A stretch of 64,000 bases of DNA from a bacterium (GCA_031362565.1 JANLSU010000048.1:3664-67663); one strand, 5' to 3'; counted from the stretch's first letter, positions 11,909 through 23,007 are shown. Numbers and translations are program-made. The notes: a model not told the origin generated them from the sequence alone.

Positions 11909-13440
11909 GATCGGCCCCCGCCGTTCGCGTGCCGCCAGGCGCCGAGCGCCGTCCATGGAGTCGCTGCCACGCTCGTGTCGCTGGTTTGCGCACCGGTCGC
12001 GCCGGCGCCGACGCGCGGTCCGGCCGCATCGTGCAATGCCACCGCCGCCAGCGCCTCGTCCGGCAGCGGCACGGACTCGGGCGTCCAGTCCGCCAAATGC
12101 TCGGCCAGGAAATGCGTCGTGAGATCGCCGCGCTGAAATGCGTCGACCTCGAGAATGGCCTGCAAGTAATCGAGATTGGTGGGCACGCCCAAGATCACGA
12201 ACTCGGCGAGCGCGCGCCGCATGCGGGCCGTGGACTCGGCGCGGTCACGGCCGATCGTGATCACCTTGGCCAGCATCGGGTCGTACTGGATCGGCACGTC
12301 GAGCCCGTCGCGCAGCGCGCCGTCGACCCGCACGCCTGGCCCGCCGGGATGGCGAATGAGCAGGATCCTGCCGCCGGCCGGCAGAAAACCGCGTGCCGGC
12401 TCCTCGGCGTAAACCCGGCATTCCAGAGCGTGGCCGCGTTGCACCGGGTGGAGCGCTGCGGCCGGCATCGGGAGGCCGGCGGCGACTTCGAATTGCATCC
12501 GCACGAGATCGAGTCCGGTCACCATCTCGGTGATCGGATGCTCGACCTGCAAACGGGTGTTCATTTCCAGGAAGTAGAAAGCGCCATGCGCGTCGAGCAT
12601 GAACTCGACAGTACCGGCGCCGCGATAGTCGACGGCGCGCGCCGCCGCGACCGCCGCTTCACCCATGCGGGCCCGCAACGCCGCATCGACGACCGGCGAA
12701 GGGGTCTCTTCGACGATCTTCTGGTGCCGGCGCTGGATCGAACACTCGCGTTCGAAGAGATGCACCGTGTTGCCATGCGCATCCGCGAACACCTGAAACT
12801 CGATATGGCGCGGCCGCTCGAGGTATCTCTCGAGGTAGATGGTGCCGTCACCGAACGCCTTCTCGGCTTCGCCGCGCGCCAAGCCGGCGGCGCGTTCGAA
12901 CTCGGCGGCCTCGTGAACGACGCGCATGCCCTTGCCGCCGCCCCCGGCGCTCGCTTTGACGAGGACCGGAAAGCCCATCTTGGCCGCGGCCTTGGCGAGC
13001 ACCCCGACGTCCTGAGTCTTGCCATCGGTGCCCGGCACGACCGGCACGCCGGCCTTTTGCATGAGCGCCCGGGCGCCGATCTTGCTGCCCATGGCCTCGA
13101 TCGCATCCGGCGGCGGTCCAATGAACGTCAGCCCGGCGGCGGCGCAACGCCGCGCGAAAGTCGCGTTCTCGGACAAGAATCCGTAGCCCGGGTGCACGGC
13201 ATCGCAACCGGCCGCGGCGGCGATTTCCAGCAACCGGTCTTGGTTCAAATACGACTTCGCGGCCTCGGCGGGCCCCAAGAGGTAGGCCTCATCGGCGCGC
13301 GTCACGTGCGACGCGTGCGCGTCGGCGTCCGAGTACACCGCCACCGCTTGAATGCCAAGTTCGCGCAACGTCCGCTGAATGCGGATGGCGATCTCGCCGC
13401 GGTTGGCGATCAGCACTTTGCGAAACAGTGGTTGCTTCAT
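11905..13440 (-). CDS. Biotin carboxylase domain of acyl-CoA (methylcrotonyl-CoA-type) carboxylase alpha subunit
   Basis: MKQPLFRKVLIANRGEIAIRIQRT...ATP-grasp motifs...the C-terminus PWTALGAWRHANG resembles the BC-BT linker. The start is at internal MKQPLF. The upstream ORF-track extension is Arg/Pro-rich junk. Confidence 0.8.
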   Translation of the reverse strand: MKQPLFRKVLIANRGEIAIRIQRTLRELGIQAVAVYSDADAHASHVTRADEAYLLGPAEAAKSYLNQDRLLEIAAAAGCDAVHPGYGFLSENATFARRCAAAGLTFIGPPPDAIEAMGSKIGARALMQKAGVPVVPGTDGKTQDVGVLAKAAAKMGFPVLVKASAGGGGKGMRVVHEAAEFERAAGLARGEAEKAFGDGTIYLERYLERPRHIEFQVFADAHGNTVHLFERECSIQRRHQKIVEETPSPVVDAALRARMGEAAVAAARAVDYRGAGTVEFMLDAHGAFYFLEMNTRLQVEHPITEMVTGLDLVRMQFEVAAGLPMPAAALHPVQRGHALECRVYAEEPARGFLPAGGRILLIRHPGGPGVRVDGALRDGLDVPIQYDPMLAKVITIGRDRAESTARMRRALAEFVILGVPTNLDYLQAILEVDAFQRGDLTTHFLAEHLADWTPESVPLPDEALAAVALHDAAGPRVGAGATGAQTSDTSVAATPWTALGAWRHANGGGRS

Positions 13441-13564
13441 CGTCCGCAGGCTAACACCTGGCCGACATGCGTCGCAACTGCAGCGCGGGGGCGCGGCCGG
13501 AATCGCATTCACGGATGGACGTAGTTGCGCAGCTGGAGCACCCGGAGGCCACCGGAAGAGCCCC

Positions 13565-14035
13565 TCAACGATAGAAATCGACCCATTCGAAGTGGCAGGC
13601 GCGGGGGCCGGCTTGCGCGAAGTCGGCGGAGGAATCGATTTCGAAGCCGTCACTCGTGGGCCGCAACGGCATGAAGAGCGGATCTTCGGGCCCGAGTGCC
13701 TGGCTCGCGGCAGTGCCACGCCGGCCGGTTTCCGAAACGCTGCCGTCGTGGTGCACCGCGATCTCGACGCGGCGATCGGCGTATTCGAAATGAAAACCTT
13801 CGAGCGCCCGGACGTGCAGCCGGATCTGCAGCGCCTGACCGCGGCCCGCAAGCGCCAGATCGGCCCGGCCGATGCCGGAGCCGGCGACCGTCACGATGGT
13901 GCAGGACGCCGTTTGCGAGGTTTCAATGCGCGTTGATTCGGATGCCGAGGTGACGCGGACTCGCGGTGGCAGAGATCCGGCGCACGCCGCGCCCAAAACG
14001 AGGCCCATCGCCGCCAGAGCCGATGAACGCCGCAT
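13565..14035 (-). CDS. Small secreted hypothetical protein (156 aa) between carboxylase genes
   Basis: Signal peptide MRRSSALAAMGLVLGAACAGS. High GC3 consistent with coding. No recognisable domain. Confidence 0.35.
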   Translation of the reverse strand: MRRSSALAAMGLVLGAACAGSLPPRVRVTSASESTRIETSQTASCTIVTVAGSGIGRADLALAGRGQALQIRLHVRALEGFHFEYADRRVEIAVHHDGSVSETGRRGTAASQALGPEDPLFMPLRPTSDGFEIDSSADFAQAGPRACHFEWVDFYR

Positions 14036-14052
14036 CGCGGTGGCACCTCACA

Positions 14053-15663
<1,611 letters not shown>

Positions 15664-15820
15664 GGGGCGCGATCTTACACTACGCCTCCCGAACGGTCAC
15701 GCGCGCAGCGCGGCGCTGGTTTTCGCCGCCGCTTGACGCTCGGACGCGGCGCTGTCTAGGCTCGCGGCGTTCGGTCGCCCCGCCGGCTTGGCCCCCCTCG
15801 TACGATTCGTGGAGGCTGTC

Positions 15821-16975
15821 GTGAAACGCATCCAGGTCGCGCTCTTGCTCCTCGGGCTCGGCGCCAGCGTCCAGACTGCCGACGCGATCCCGCGCTACAC
15901 CGCGCGCTACGGCCAGGCTTGCACTCTCTGCCATGTGAACCCAAGCGGCGGCGGCATGCGCAGCCTTTATGCCAGCCAGTACATCGTGCCCAAAGAACTG
16001 GCGATGAAGCGGCTTACCGACGAAGAGATCGCCAAGATCCAGCCGAAGGTGAGCGAGAGCATCACGCTCGGCGCCGACCTGCGAAGCGCGCACTTCCACT
16101 CCACCGCGGACCAGGTGGCGCGCAATTTCTTTTTGATGCAGGGCGATCTGTACGCGCAATTCTCGATCGACGAGCGCTACTCGGCCAATATCGATGTCGA
16201 CCAGGAGGGCAGCGTCGAGATCTACGCTCTGGCCTGGGTCCTGCCGTGGAGCGGCTACGTGAAGGCCGGGCGCTTCACGCCGGTGTTCGGGTGGAAGTTT
16301 CCCGATCACAATCTGTTCAGCCGCGAGGAACTGAGTTTCGATCAGCCGTTCAACACCGATGCGGGAATCGAAATTGGCTTCTACCCGAAACACGTGTCGC
16401 TGTGGGCCTCGGTGCTGAACGGTGAACCGCCGGTCAACACCCGCTTCGATACCAACGACGACCTGGCCTATGTCGTGGGTGCGCTGTCGCAATTCAAAGT
16501 GCGGCAGTTCGGGATCGGATTGGGCGGCTCGTTCCTCTACAACCAGAAGGATCCGGGGCGGACGAGCGCCAGTGAAGGCGGCGGCCCGCCGGGCCGGCGC
16601 ACCCAAGGCGGTCCTTTTGGTTCATTCACCTGGGGCCCCTGGAGCTGGCTTTGGGAAGTCGACGCGACGCGGCTTCTCATCCCCAACGTGCGGGTCAAGA
16701 CCAAGCTCCTCACGACGCACGAACTGGCGTACGAAGTGCGCCAGGGGGTCGACATCGTCGGCAACTACAACTGGGTCGATCGCAACGTCGACCTGGGGAC
16801 CGGGACCAAGCAGCGCTTCGGGCTGGGTGTCGACGTGACTCCGGTGCCGTTCGTGGAGTTGCAGGCGCAGTTGAACCGCTATGTTGCCACCGGGCACGAC
16901 GCGGCCCAGGCCCTGCCCGACCTCTTCGAGCCCAGCTACTGGCGCTCGGAAGTTCAGATCCACCTCTTTTATTGA
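15821..16975 (+). CDS. Cyc2-like fused monohaem cytochrome c / outer-membrane beta-barrel protein
   Basis: A GTG at 15821 is preceded by GGAGG. Signal peptide VKRIQVALLLLGLGASVQTADA. A single CTLCH haem motif lies ~20 aa after the signal. The remainder has amphipathic beta-strand periodicity and ends ...EVQIHLFY (C-terminal aromatic). This architecture matches the Cyc2 family of outer-membrane iron-oxidase/electron conduits. Confidence 0.65.
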   Translation: MKRIQVALLLLGLGASVQTADAIPRYTARYGQACTLCHVNPSGGGMRSLYASQYIVPKELAMKRLTDEEIAKIQPKVSESITLGADLRSAHFHSTADQVARNFFLMQGDLYAQFSIDERYSANIDVDQEGSVEIYALAWVLPWSGYVKAGRFTPVFGWKFPDHNLFSREELSFDQPFNTDAGIEIGFYPKHVSLWASVLNGEPPVNTRFDTNDDLAYVVGALSQFKVRQFGIGLGGSFLYNQKDPGRTSASEGGGPPGRRTQGGPFGSFTWGPWSWLWEVDATRLLIPNVRVKTKLLTTHELAYEVRQGVDIVGNYNWVDRNVDLGTGTKQRFGLGVDVTPVPFVELQAQLNRYVATGHDAAQALPDLFEPSYWRSEVQIHLFY

Positions 16976-17111
16976 CCGGGTCGGCAGCGCACCGGGGTGT
17001 CGTCTATACTGGTTTGGAACCCATGGCCCATGCCGATCCCCACGGGGCGGGCCCGCCGTTTGTTGCACCCCTATAGCGGCCCCGGCCCGGGCTGCGGTCC
17101 TCGAGGTCGTC

Positions 17112-17687
17112 ATGCTGTGTCGCGTTGCTTTGGCGTTCGCCGGCGTCGCGCTCGCCGCCTCGGCGTCCGCCACACCGTTCGTTCTCGTCCCCACCGCCAG
17201 CAAGGTGCAATTCGAATCCAAGGCGCCGATGGAGTCGTTCACGGGCAAGACGCAGAAGGTTTCTGGCGCCGTGGATCTGGATCCGGCGGCATTGGCCGAC
17301 AGCATCCTGGTTTCGGTCGCCGTCGACATGGCGAGTTTGGAGACCGGCATGGCGCTGCGTGACCGGCACATGCGCGAGAATCACCTGCAGGTCGACAAGT
17401 TTCCCACCGGGACATTCGCCGGCGGCAATCTTGCGGACCTTTCTGCCACGTCGCTCACTTCGGGCGCGCCCGTCACCGGCACGATCACCGGGCAACTTAC
17501 GCTGCACGGTGTGGAGCACCAGATTACGGCGCCGGTGGAACTGAGTTTGAAGGACGGCAGCCTGCATGTCGTGGCGCACTTCGCCGTCAAACTCGCCGAC
17601 TATGCGATCCCGCGCCCGCAAATGCTGATGATGAAGCTCGGAGAAACGCAAACTGTGACCGTCGACGTCACAGGGCGCACGCAGTAA
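17112..17687 (+). CDS. YceI-like periplasmic protein
   Basis: Signal MLCRVALAFAGVALAASASA, then KVQFESKAPMESFTGKTQKVSGAVDLD...LTLHGVEHQITAPVELS, typical of the YceI family. The start is at the internal ATG at 17112. Confidence 0.75.
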   Translation: MLCRVALAFAGVALAASASATPFVLVPTASKVQFESKAPMESFTGKTQKVSGAVDLDPAALADSILVSVAVDMASLETGMALRDRHMRENHLQVDKFPTGTFAGGNLADLSATSLTSGAPVTGTITGQLTLHGVEHQITAPVELSLKDGSLHVVAHFAVKLADYAIPRPQMLMMKLGETQTVTVDVTGRTQ

Positions 17688-17707
17688 CGCCATTGGGGTT
17701 GAACTTC

Positions 17708-19183
17708 ATGATGCACGCCGCGTCGCCGCACCGGCTCCGCACCAGCCGCCTGACGGCTCGACTGGCGTTCGTGGGTGCCGGCGCCTTGCTCCTCAGTTGC
17801 GCCGATTTCGGCGACCCCTTCGTGCCGTCGGTCGCGACCGTGGCGGTGCGCACGACCAACCAAGTAGAGGCCGTGATTGGCGACGACGTCGTGCTTGCGG
17901 CCGACGTTCGCGACGCGGCCGGCCGGCCCATTGACGGTGCACAAGTGACGTGGCTGGCATCCGATCTCGGTGTGGTGCAAGTGCAACCGCAAGGTGCCAC
18001 CGGGGCGCTCGTCAGCGCCCGCGCCGCGGGAACGGCCACTGTCGTCGCGACCTGTCGCGGGGTGGAGAGCACGCCAATCGAAATCACCGTGCGCGTAGCC
18101 CTGATCCAGTCGATCACCATCACGTCGCCACCCAACGCGGTGACGATTCCCATCACTCGATCGGTGCAGTTTACAGCGCGTGTCGTCGATGAACGCGGCA
18201 ACGTCGTGACGGGCGCCAGGGTTGTTTGGAGTGCGTCGGCTCCGGCCGTAGCCATCGACTCGACGGGATTTGCGACCGGCAGCGTCGAGGGCGCGGCCGA
18301 CGTTACTGCGACACTCGGCACCGTGCACAGTGCGCCGGTGCATGTAGTGGTCCGCTTGCTCGCGACGTCGTCGGTGACGATCACGTCACCGGCCAGTCCG
18401 GCGACGATTCCGGTAACGCAGTCGGTGCAATTCGCGGCCACCGTTGTCGACGAGTTTGGCAACTTCGTCGACAACGCCACGATCGTGTGGAACTCGTCGA
18501 ACGCCGCCGTGGCCATCGACACCCATGGACTCGCGACCGGCAGCGCCGAGGGCACCGCCGATGTCACCGCGACGAGTGGGAACGTGCAAAGCGTCCCGGT
18601 TCAGGTGGTGGTCCGGCCACTCGCGACCGGGTCGGTCGAAATCACGAGCCCAGCGAGCCCCGTCAGCCTTTTGACCAACCAGACCGTGCAGTTCGCCGCC
18701 ACGGTCCGTAATGAACTCGGCGCCGTCATGGTCAACGCGCCGGTGGCGTGGAATGCTTCGAGTGCCGCGGTGTCGATCGGCCCGAACGGCCTGTTGCGCG
18801 CCATTGCCGGTGGCCCCGCAACCGTGACCGCGACGAACGGCGGCGTGCAGTCGGCGCCGGTGACGGTGAACGTCACGGCCATCAGCTTCGCGACCGCGGT
18901 GCAGCCGATCTTCGACTCGTTCTGCGTGCGCTGCCACGGCTTCAACGGTAACCTGACCCTCTCGGACAACGCGTACGATCGCATCGTAAATGAGATCTCC
19001 GGGCAAAACCCGTCGCTCTTCCTCGTCAAACCCGGCGACCCGGACAACAGCTACATCTACTTGAAAATGTCCGGCTGCAGCGCCCGCGGCTGTGCCGGCG
19101 ACCGCATGCCGCCCGGCAGCACAGTTGGACCGGCGGCGCTGCAAACCATGCGCGACTGGATTCTGGGCGGCGCGGCGCGCTGA
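17708..19183 (+). CDS. Lipoprotein with four tandem Big_2 (bacterial Ig-like) domains and a C-terminal PSCyt1-like cytochrome c domain
   Basis: Lipobox ALLLSCAD. Four ~80-aa repeats (ITVRVALIQSITITSPPNAVTIPITRSVQFTARVVDERGNVV... x4) are also visible as DNA tandem repeats from ~18040 to 18700. The C-terminus AVQPIFDSFCVRCHG...MRDWILGGA resembles the Planctomycete cytochrome C (PSCyt1) domain. The start could be TTG 17693 or ATG 17708. Confidence 0.7.
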   Translation: MMHAASPHRLRTSRLTARLAFVGAGALLLSCADFGDPFVPSVATVAVRTTNQVEAVIGDDVVLAADVRDAAGRPIDGAQVTWLASDLGVVQVQPQGATGALVSARAAGTATVVATCRGVESTPIEITVRVALIQSITITSPPNAVTIPITRSVQFTARVVDERGNVVTGARVVWSASAPAVAIDSTGFATGSVEGAADVTATLGTVHSAPVHVVVRLLATSSVTITSPASPATIPVTQSVQFAATVVDEFGNFVDNATIVWNSSNAAVAIDTHGLATGSAEGTADVTATSGNVQSVPVQVVVRPLATGSVEITSPASPVSLLTNQTVQFAATVRNELGAVMVNAPVAWNASSAAVSIGPNGLLRAIAGGPATVTATNGGVQSAPVTVNVTAISFATAVQPIFDSFCVRCHGFNGNLTLSDNAYDRIVNEISGQNPSLFLVKPGDPDNSYIYLKMSGCSARGCAGDRMPPGSTVGPAALQTMRDWILGGAAR

Positions 19184-19331
19184 ACCGCGCCGCCGCGCCG
19201 GCTCCTCGCGCCTTACATCCGGCGCGACAAGGCCGCCGGCCACGGCTATACTGGGTCGCTTCTTGAATCCGCGCCGAGGGCCAAGGCCCCCCAGGACCGC
19301 CCTCCTCTCACCTGCACGCCCGGAGGCTCCC

Positions 19332-22076
19332 ATGTCGTTCGCGTCACGCTGCGTTACACCAGTGGGACTCGCTCTCGCGCTCGCACTGCACGCCGTACCA
19401 GGGCATGCCGGCTACGTCAACTTCGAGAGCCAGCAGGTGCATCCGATCGCCTTGACGCCCGACGGCACGAAGTTGCTCGCGGTCAACACGCCGGACGGCA
19501 AACTCGCGGTTTTCAGCGTCAACGGCGGGAATCCGAGCCTGCTCTTCGAAACCGCCGTCGGCATCGAGCCCGTGAGCGTCGCCGCCGAGAGCAATACCCG
19601 CGCCTGGGTCGTGAACCACGTTTCGGACACGGTCAGCTTGGTCGACTTGCTGAGCGGCAATGTCGTCGAGACGCTGGCCGTCGGCGACGAACCGGCCGAT
19701 GTCGTCTTCGCCAACGGCAAAGCCTTCGTGTCGGTGTCGCAAGAGGACGCGGTCAAGATCTACTCGGTCGCGAATCCGGCCGCGCCGCCGGTCGTCGTGC
19801 CGATCTTCGGCAGCGATCCGCAAGCGCTCGCCCGCAATGCCGCCGGCACGCGCGTCTATGTCGCGGTCTTCGAAAGCGGCAATCAGACGACGATCGCCTC
19901 GGGAACCGATGTCGTCAGTCATGGTGGACTGCCGGCCCCGAACCCCAGCGGCCGGCCGAACGTCGGACTCGTCTTGAAATACGTCAACGGCCACTGGGTG
20001 GACGAAATCAACCGGAACTTCGACAACAGCCATCCGTACACCCTTCCCGACCATGACGTCGCGATCCTGGATGCGACGGCCGGGGTGCCGGCTCCACAGT
20101 ACGTGGACGGCTTGGGCACGCTGCTCTTCAATCTCGCGGTGCATCCGGTCTCGGGCAAGCTCTACGTCACCAATACGGAAGCGCTGAATCAAATCCGCTT
20201 CGAGCCTGCTCTGCGCGGCCAGTTCCTGCGCACCCGCGTTTCGATCGTCGACCCGAACGTGCCGGCGGTGCGTTCGCTCGTCGATCTCAATCCGCACATC
20301 AATTACGGAGTCACTCCGGGACCGCCCTCGGAGACCAGCCAGAGCCTGTCGCAACCGGGCGGGATCGCCTTCCAAGCGGCGGGTGGCGTCGGGTATGTCA
20401 CGGCGCTCGGTTCCGCCAAGGTCGCGGTCCTCGACGATGCCGGCAACGTGACGTCGCGCATCGGCGTCGGCCAGGGCCCGAGCGGACTCGCGCTCGACGA
20501 GACCAATCACCGGCTCTACGTTCTCAACCGCTTCGAAGAAACGATCAGCATCGTCAACACCAATACCCGCGCTGTCGACCACGCGGTGTCCTTGGGATAC
20601 GACCCGAGTCCGCTGACGGTCAAGAACGGCCGCCGCTTCTTGTACGACGGCCAATTGTCATCGGGGCACGGCGATCTGGCGTGCGCGTCGTGTCACGCGG
20701 GCGGCAATCTCGATGCGATCGCCTGGGACCTCGGAGATCCGAACGGCGCGTTCCAGCCGGCGCCGCCGAACCAATTGGATCCGCTGTTGCAAGGCTTCCA
20801 TGCGATGAAGGGCCCGATGACGACGCAATCGCTGCGCGGCCTCGCCGGCACCCAACCCTTCCATTGGCGTGGCGATCGCGCCGACTTCGAGAATTTCAAC
20901 GGTGCGTTCGTGTCACTCATGGGACGTGGGACACAGATTTCGGGCGCCGACATGCAAGCGTTCAAGGATTTCGTCTTTACGATCAAGTACCCGGCGAACC
21001 CCGGCCAGAACTTGGATCGCACCTTTCCGAATCCCGCCAGCGGCCCGAGCCCCGAACGCGGCCGGCAGGCCTTCCTGAACAACATTCTCGATGGCCCGTT
21101 TCGCTGCGTGCAATGCCACGCGCTGCCAACAGGTACGAGCGGTCAATTGACCGACCGCCTGGCGTTGCAGGCGCCGCAGGACATGAAGATTCCGCAGTTG
21201 CGCAATCTCTACGAAAAAACCGGTTTGACGTTCACGGCGGGCGAAAAGAAGCGCGGCTTCGGCTTCATCCACGATGGTTCGGAGCCGACGCTGCTCGAAT
21301 TCTTGCGGCTGCCGGTGTTCACTTTCCCGAGCGACGCCATGCGCCAAGACATCGAGGCTTTCCTGCTGACGTTCGACACCGGGACCGCGCCGGCAGTCGG
21401 CGTGCAGCGCACCGTGTATGCGAGCAATCGCAACGATTTGGCCACCGTACAGTGGATCGAAACACTCATCGCGCAGGACCAAGCCGGCAACTGCGACTTG
21501 ATCGTCAAGGGGCGCTTGAACGGCCAGGCACGCGGTTTCGTCTATGACGGCGCCGGAATGTTCCGCTCGGATCGCGCCTCCGAGCCGTTGATGGCCAAAG
21601 ATTTCCTGCGCGCCTTCGCCGGCACCGGATCCGAACTCACGTACACCGGTGTGCCGCCGGGCTCGGGTACGCGCTCCGGCATCGACCGCGACGAAGACGG
21701 GTACCCGGACCGCACCGAGATCGATGCGGGTTCGGATCCGGCCGATCCGGCATCGACACCCACGCCCGTCGCCAACGGCCCGAACGGCAGCAGCAACGGC
21801 GATGCGACGCTGTTCGCCAGCTATCCCAATCCGGCCCGCGACACCGCGCGGCTGTCCTTCGAATTGGTGGCGCATACCAACGTGCGCTTGCGCATCTATG
21901 CCGCCGATGGCCGGCTCGTACGCGCCCTGTGGGATGGCGCCGCCGGTCCGGGCTTGGTGCGACTGACTTGGGACGGTACGAACGACGGCGGGCATCGCGC
22001 CGCTTCGGGGCGCTATTTCTACCGCCTCGACACGCCGACGCATTCTTTCGCGCGGCCGTTGCTCCTCGTGCGTTGA
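19332..22076 (+). CDS. Secreted beta-propeller (YVTN-type) - dihaem cytochrome c peroxidase/MauG-like - TSP3-like - por_Secre_tail/FlgD-Ig C-terminal domain protein
   Basis: Signal MSFASRCVTPVGLALALALHAVPGHA. Propeller repeats (KLYVTNTEA, RLYVLNRFEETISIVNT). Two haem motifs, CASCHAG and CVQCHAL, with CCP-like context (FHWRGD; PQLRN..GFIHDGSEPTLLEFL). Ca-binding-like DRDEDGYPDRTEID. The C-terminal ~85 aa follow the pattern YPNPA..T.L.FEL...V.L.IY...G..V..LWDG...GG.RAASGRYFYRL. The start is at the internal ATG. The ORF-track extension upstream is Arg/Pro-rich. Confidence 0.8.
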   Translation: MSFASRCVTPVGLALALALHAVPGHAGYVNFESQQVHPIALTPDGTKLLAVNTPDGKLAVFSVNGGNPSLLFETAVGIEPVSVAAESNTRAWVVNHVSDTVSLVDLLSGNVVETLAVGDEPADVVFANGKAFVSVSQEDAVKIYSVANPAAPPVVVPIFGSDPQALARNAAGTRVYVAVFESGNQTTIASGTDVVSHGGLPAPNPSGRPNVGLVLKYVNGHWVDEINRNFDNSHPYTLPDHDVAILDATAGVPAPQYVDGLGTLLFNLAVHPVSGKLYVTNTEALNQIRFEPALRGQFLRTRVSIVDPNVPAVRSLVDLNPHINYGVTPGPPSETSQSLSQPGGIAFQAAGGVGYVTALGSAKVAVLDDAGNVTSRIGVGQGPSGLALDETNHRLYVLNRFEETISIVNTNTRAVDHAVSLGYDPSPLTVKNGRRFLYDGQLSSGHGDLACASCHAGGNLDAIAWDLGDPNGAFQPAPPNQLDPLLQGFHAMKGPMTTQSLRGLAGTQPFHWRGDRADFENFNGAFVSLMGRGTQISGADMQAFKDFVFTIKYPANPGQNLDRTFPNPASGPSPERGRQAFLNNILDGPFRCVQCHALPTGTSGQLTDRLALQAPQDMKIPQLRNLYEKTGLTFTAGEKKRGFGFIHDGSEPTLLEFLRLPVFTFPSDAMRQDIEAFLLTFDTGTAPAVGVQRTVYASNRNDLATVQWIETLIAQDQAGNCDLIVKGRLNGQARGFVYDGAGMFRSDRASEPLMAKDFLRAFAGTGSELTYTGVPPGSGTRSGIDRDEDGYPDRTEIDAGSDPADPASTPTPVANGPNGSSNGDATLFASYPNPARDTARLSFELVAHTNVRLRIYAADGRLVRALWDGAAGPGLVRLTWDGTNDGGHRAASGRYFYRLDTPTHSFARPLLLVR

Positions 22077-22090
22077 AGTGTCGAAACGCT

Positions 22091-22121
22091 CCAACGGCCG
22101 GTGCAGCTCACCGGCCGTTGG
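22091..22121 (+). terminator. Rho-independent-type terminator hairpin (13-bp GC stem, 5-nt loop)
   Basis: CCAACGGCCGGTG-cagct-CACCGGCCGTTGG sits 15 nt after the stop of 19332..22076. There is no U-tract, which is common in high-GC genomes. Confidence 0.5.
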
Positions 22122-22288
22122 GACGCTTCCGAGCGCCGCATTGCGCCAAAGACCCCAGAGTCGCAGCCCCGTGCCCCCACTTCAGGCGCGAACTGTAAAG
22201 ATTTCATGCTTCGAAACGCGAAATTCTCCGGCACAACGTGGTACAATGAAGCCGTTGACGCCCCACGGCTCTAACCCCGGAAGATTTC

Positions 22289-22852
22289 ATGCGTGCCTTT
22301 CTCGGGCTCGCCGCCGCCATCGTGGCATGTGCTACGGTCGCGAGCGCCGAGTCGTCCATCTGCGGCGATTGCTACCTGGGCGTCTATGACGATCTCGCGA
22401 TGACACGCGTGTCCGGCGTGGCGTCGTCCTTTCAGGTGAAGAGTCTCTACCTTGGGTTGCGTTTAGGGCCGGGCGTGAACATTACGGATATCGATTTCTT
22501 CGCGTCGTATCCGGCGGGATTCGAAGTGATCGACGTCGAGTCCTATGTCCCGGGCGCGACCTACGAGACCGTGGGGCATGTGGCGCACGTCCACTGGCCG
22601 AGTTGCGTCGGTGGAAGCCTGGCGCTGTTCCGCGTCCGAGTGATCACCACCACCATGCCTCACAACGCGGTAGTGCAATTGCAAAGTGTGCTTGCAAAGC
22701 CCTGCGGCGGTGCGCCGGTTGAAGCATGGAGGATCCCAGCGGGTTGCTACGTACTCAACCCCGGCAGCAGCCGGCCGCCGTGCGCCACTGCGGTCGAGGC
22801 GTCGACATGGTCCCTTGTGAAAGGCCTTTTCAGAACGCTTGATTCGCGCTAG
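22289..22852 (+). CDS. Secreted hypothetical protein; distant member of the IPAGY...W..VK.LYR C-terminal-module family
   Basis: Signal MRAFLGLAAAIVACATVASA. Contains RIPAGCYVLN and ends ASTWSLVKGLFRTLDSR, paralleling the C-termini of the four paralogs at 28603..31743. Confidence 0.5.
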   Translation: MRAFLGLAAAIVACATVASAESSICGDCYLGVYDDLAMTRVSGVASSFQVKSLYLGLRLGPGVNITDIDFFASYPAGFEVIDVESYVPGATYETVGHVAHVHWPSCVGGSLALFRVRVITTTMPHNAVVQLQSVLAKPCGGAPVEAWRIPAGCYVLNPGSSRPPCATAVEASTWSLVKGLFRTLDSR

Positions 22853-23007
22853 AGTGTCGGACGTACGCACCCTGGAGTCCTTCCTCCATGGCGCTGGTGT
22901 TTTTTCCGGGTCGTCTTCGTGGCACGGGATTTGTTCGTACGAATTTCGCACGCCACTCTTCGGCTCCGGCCACTTTTCAACGGCTGAATACGAGGCCAAG
23001 ACCACTT

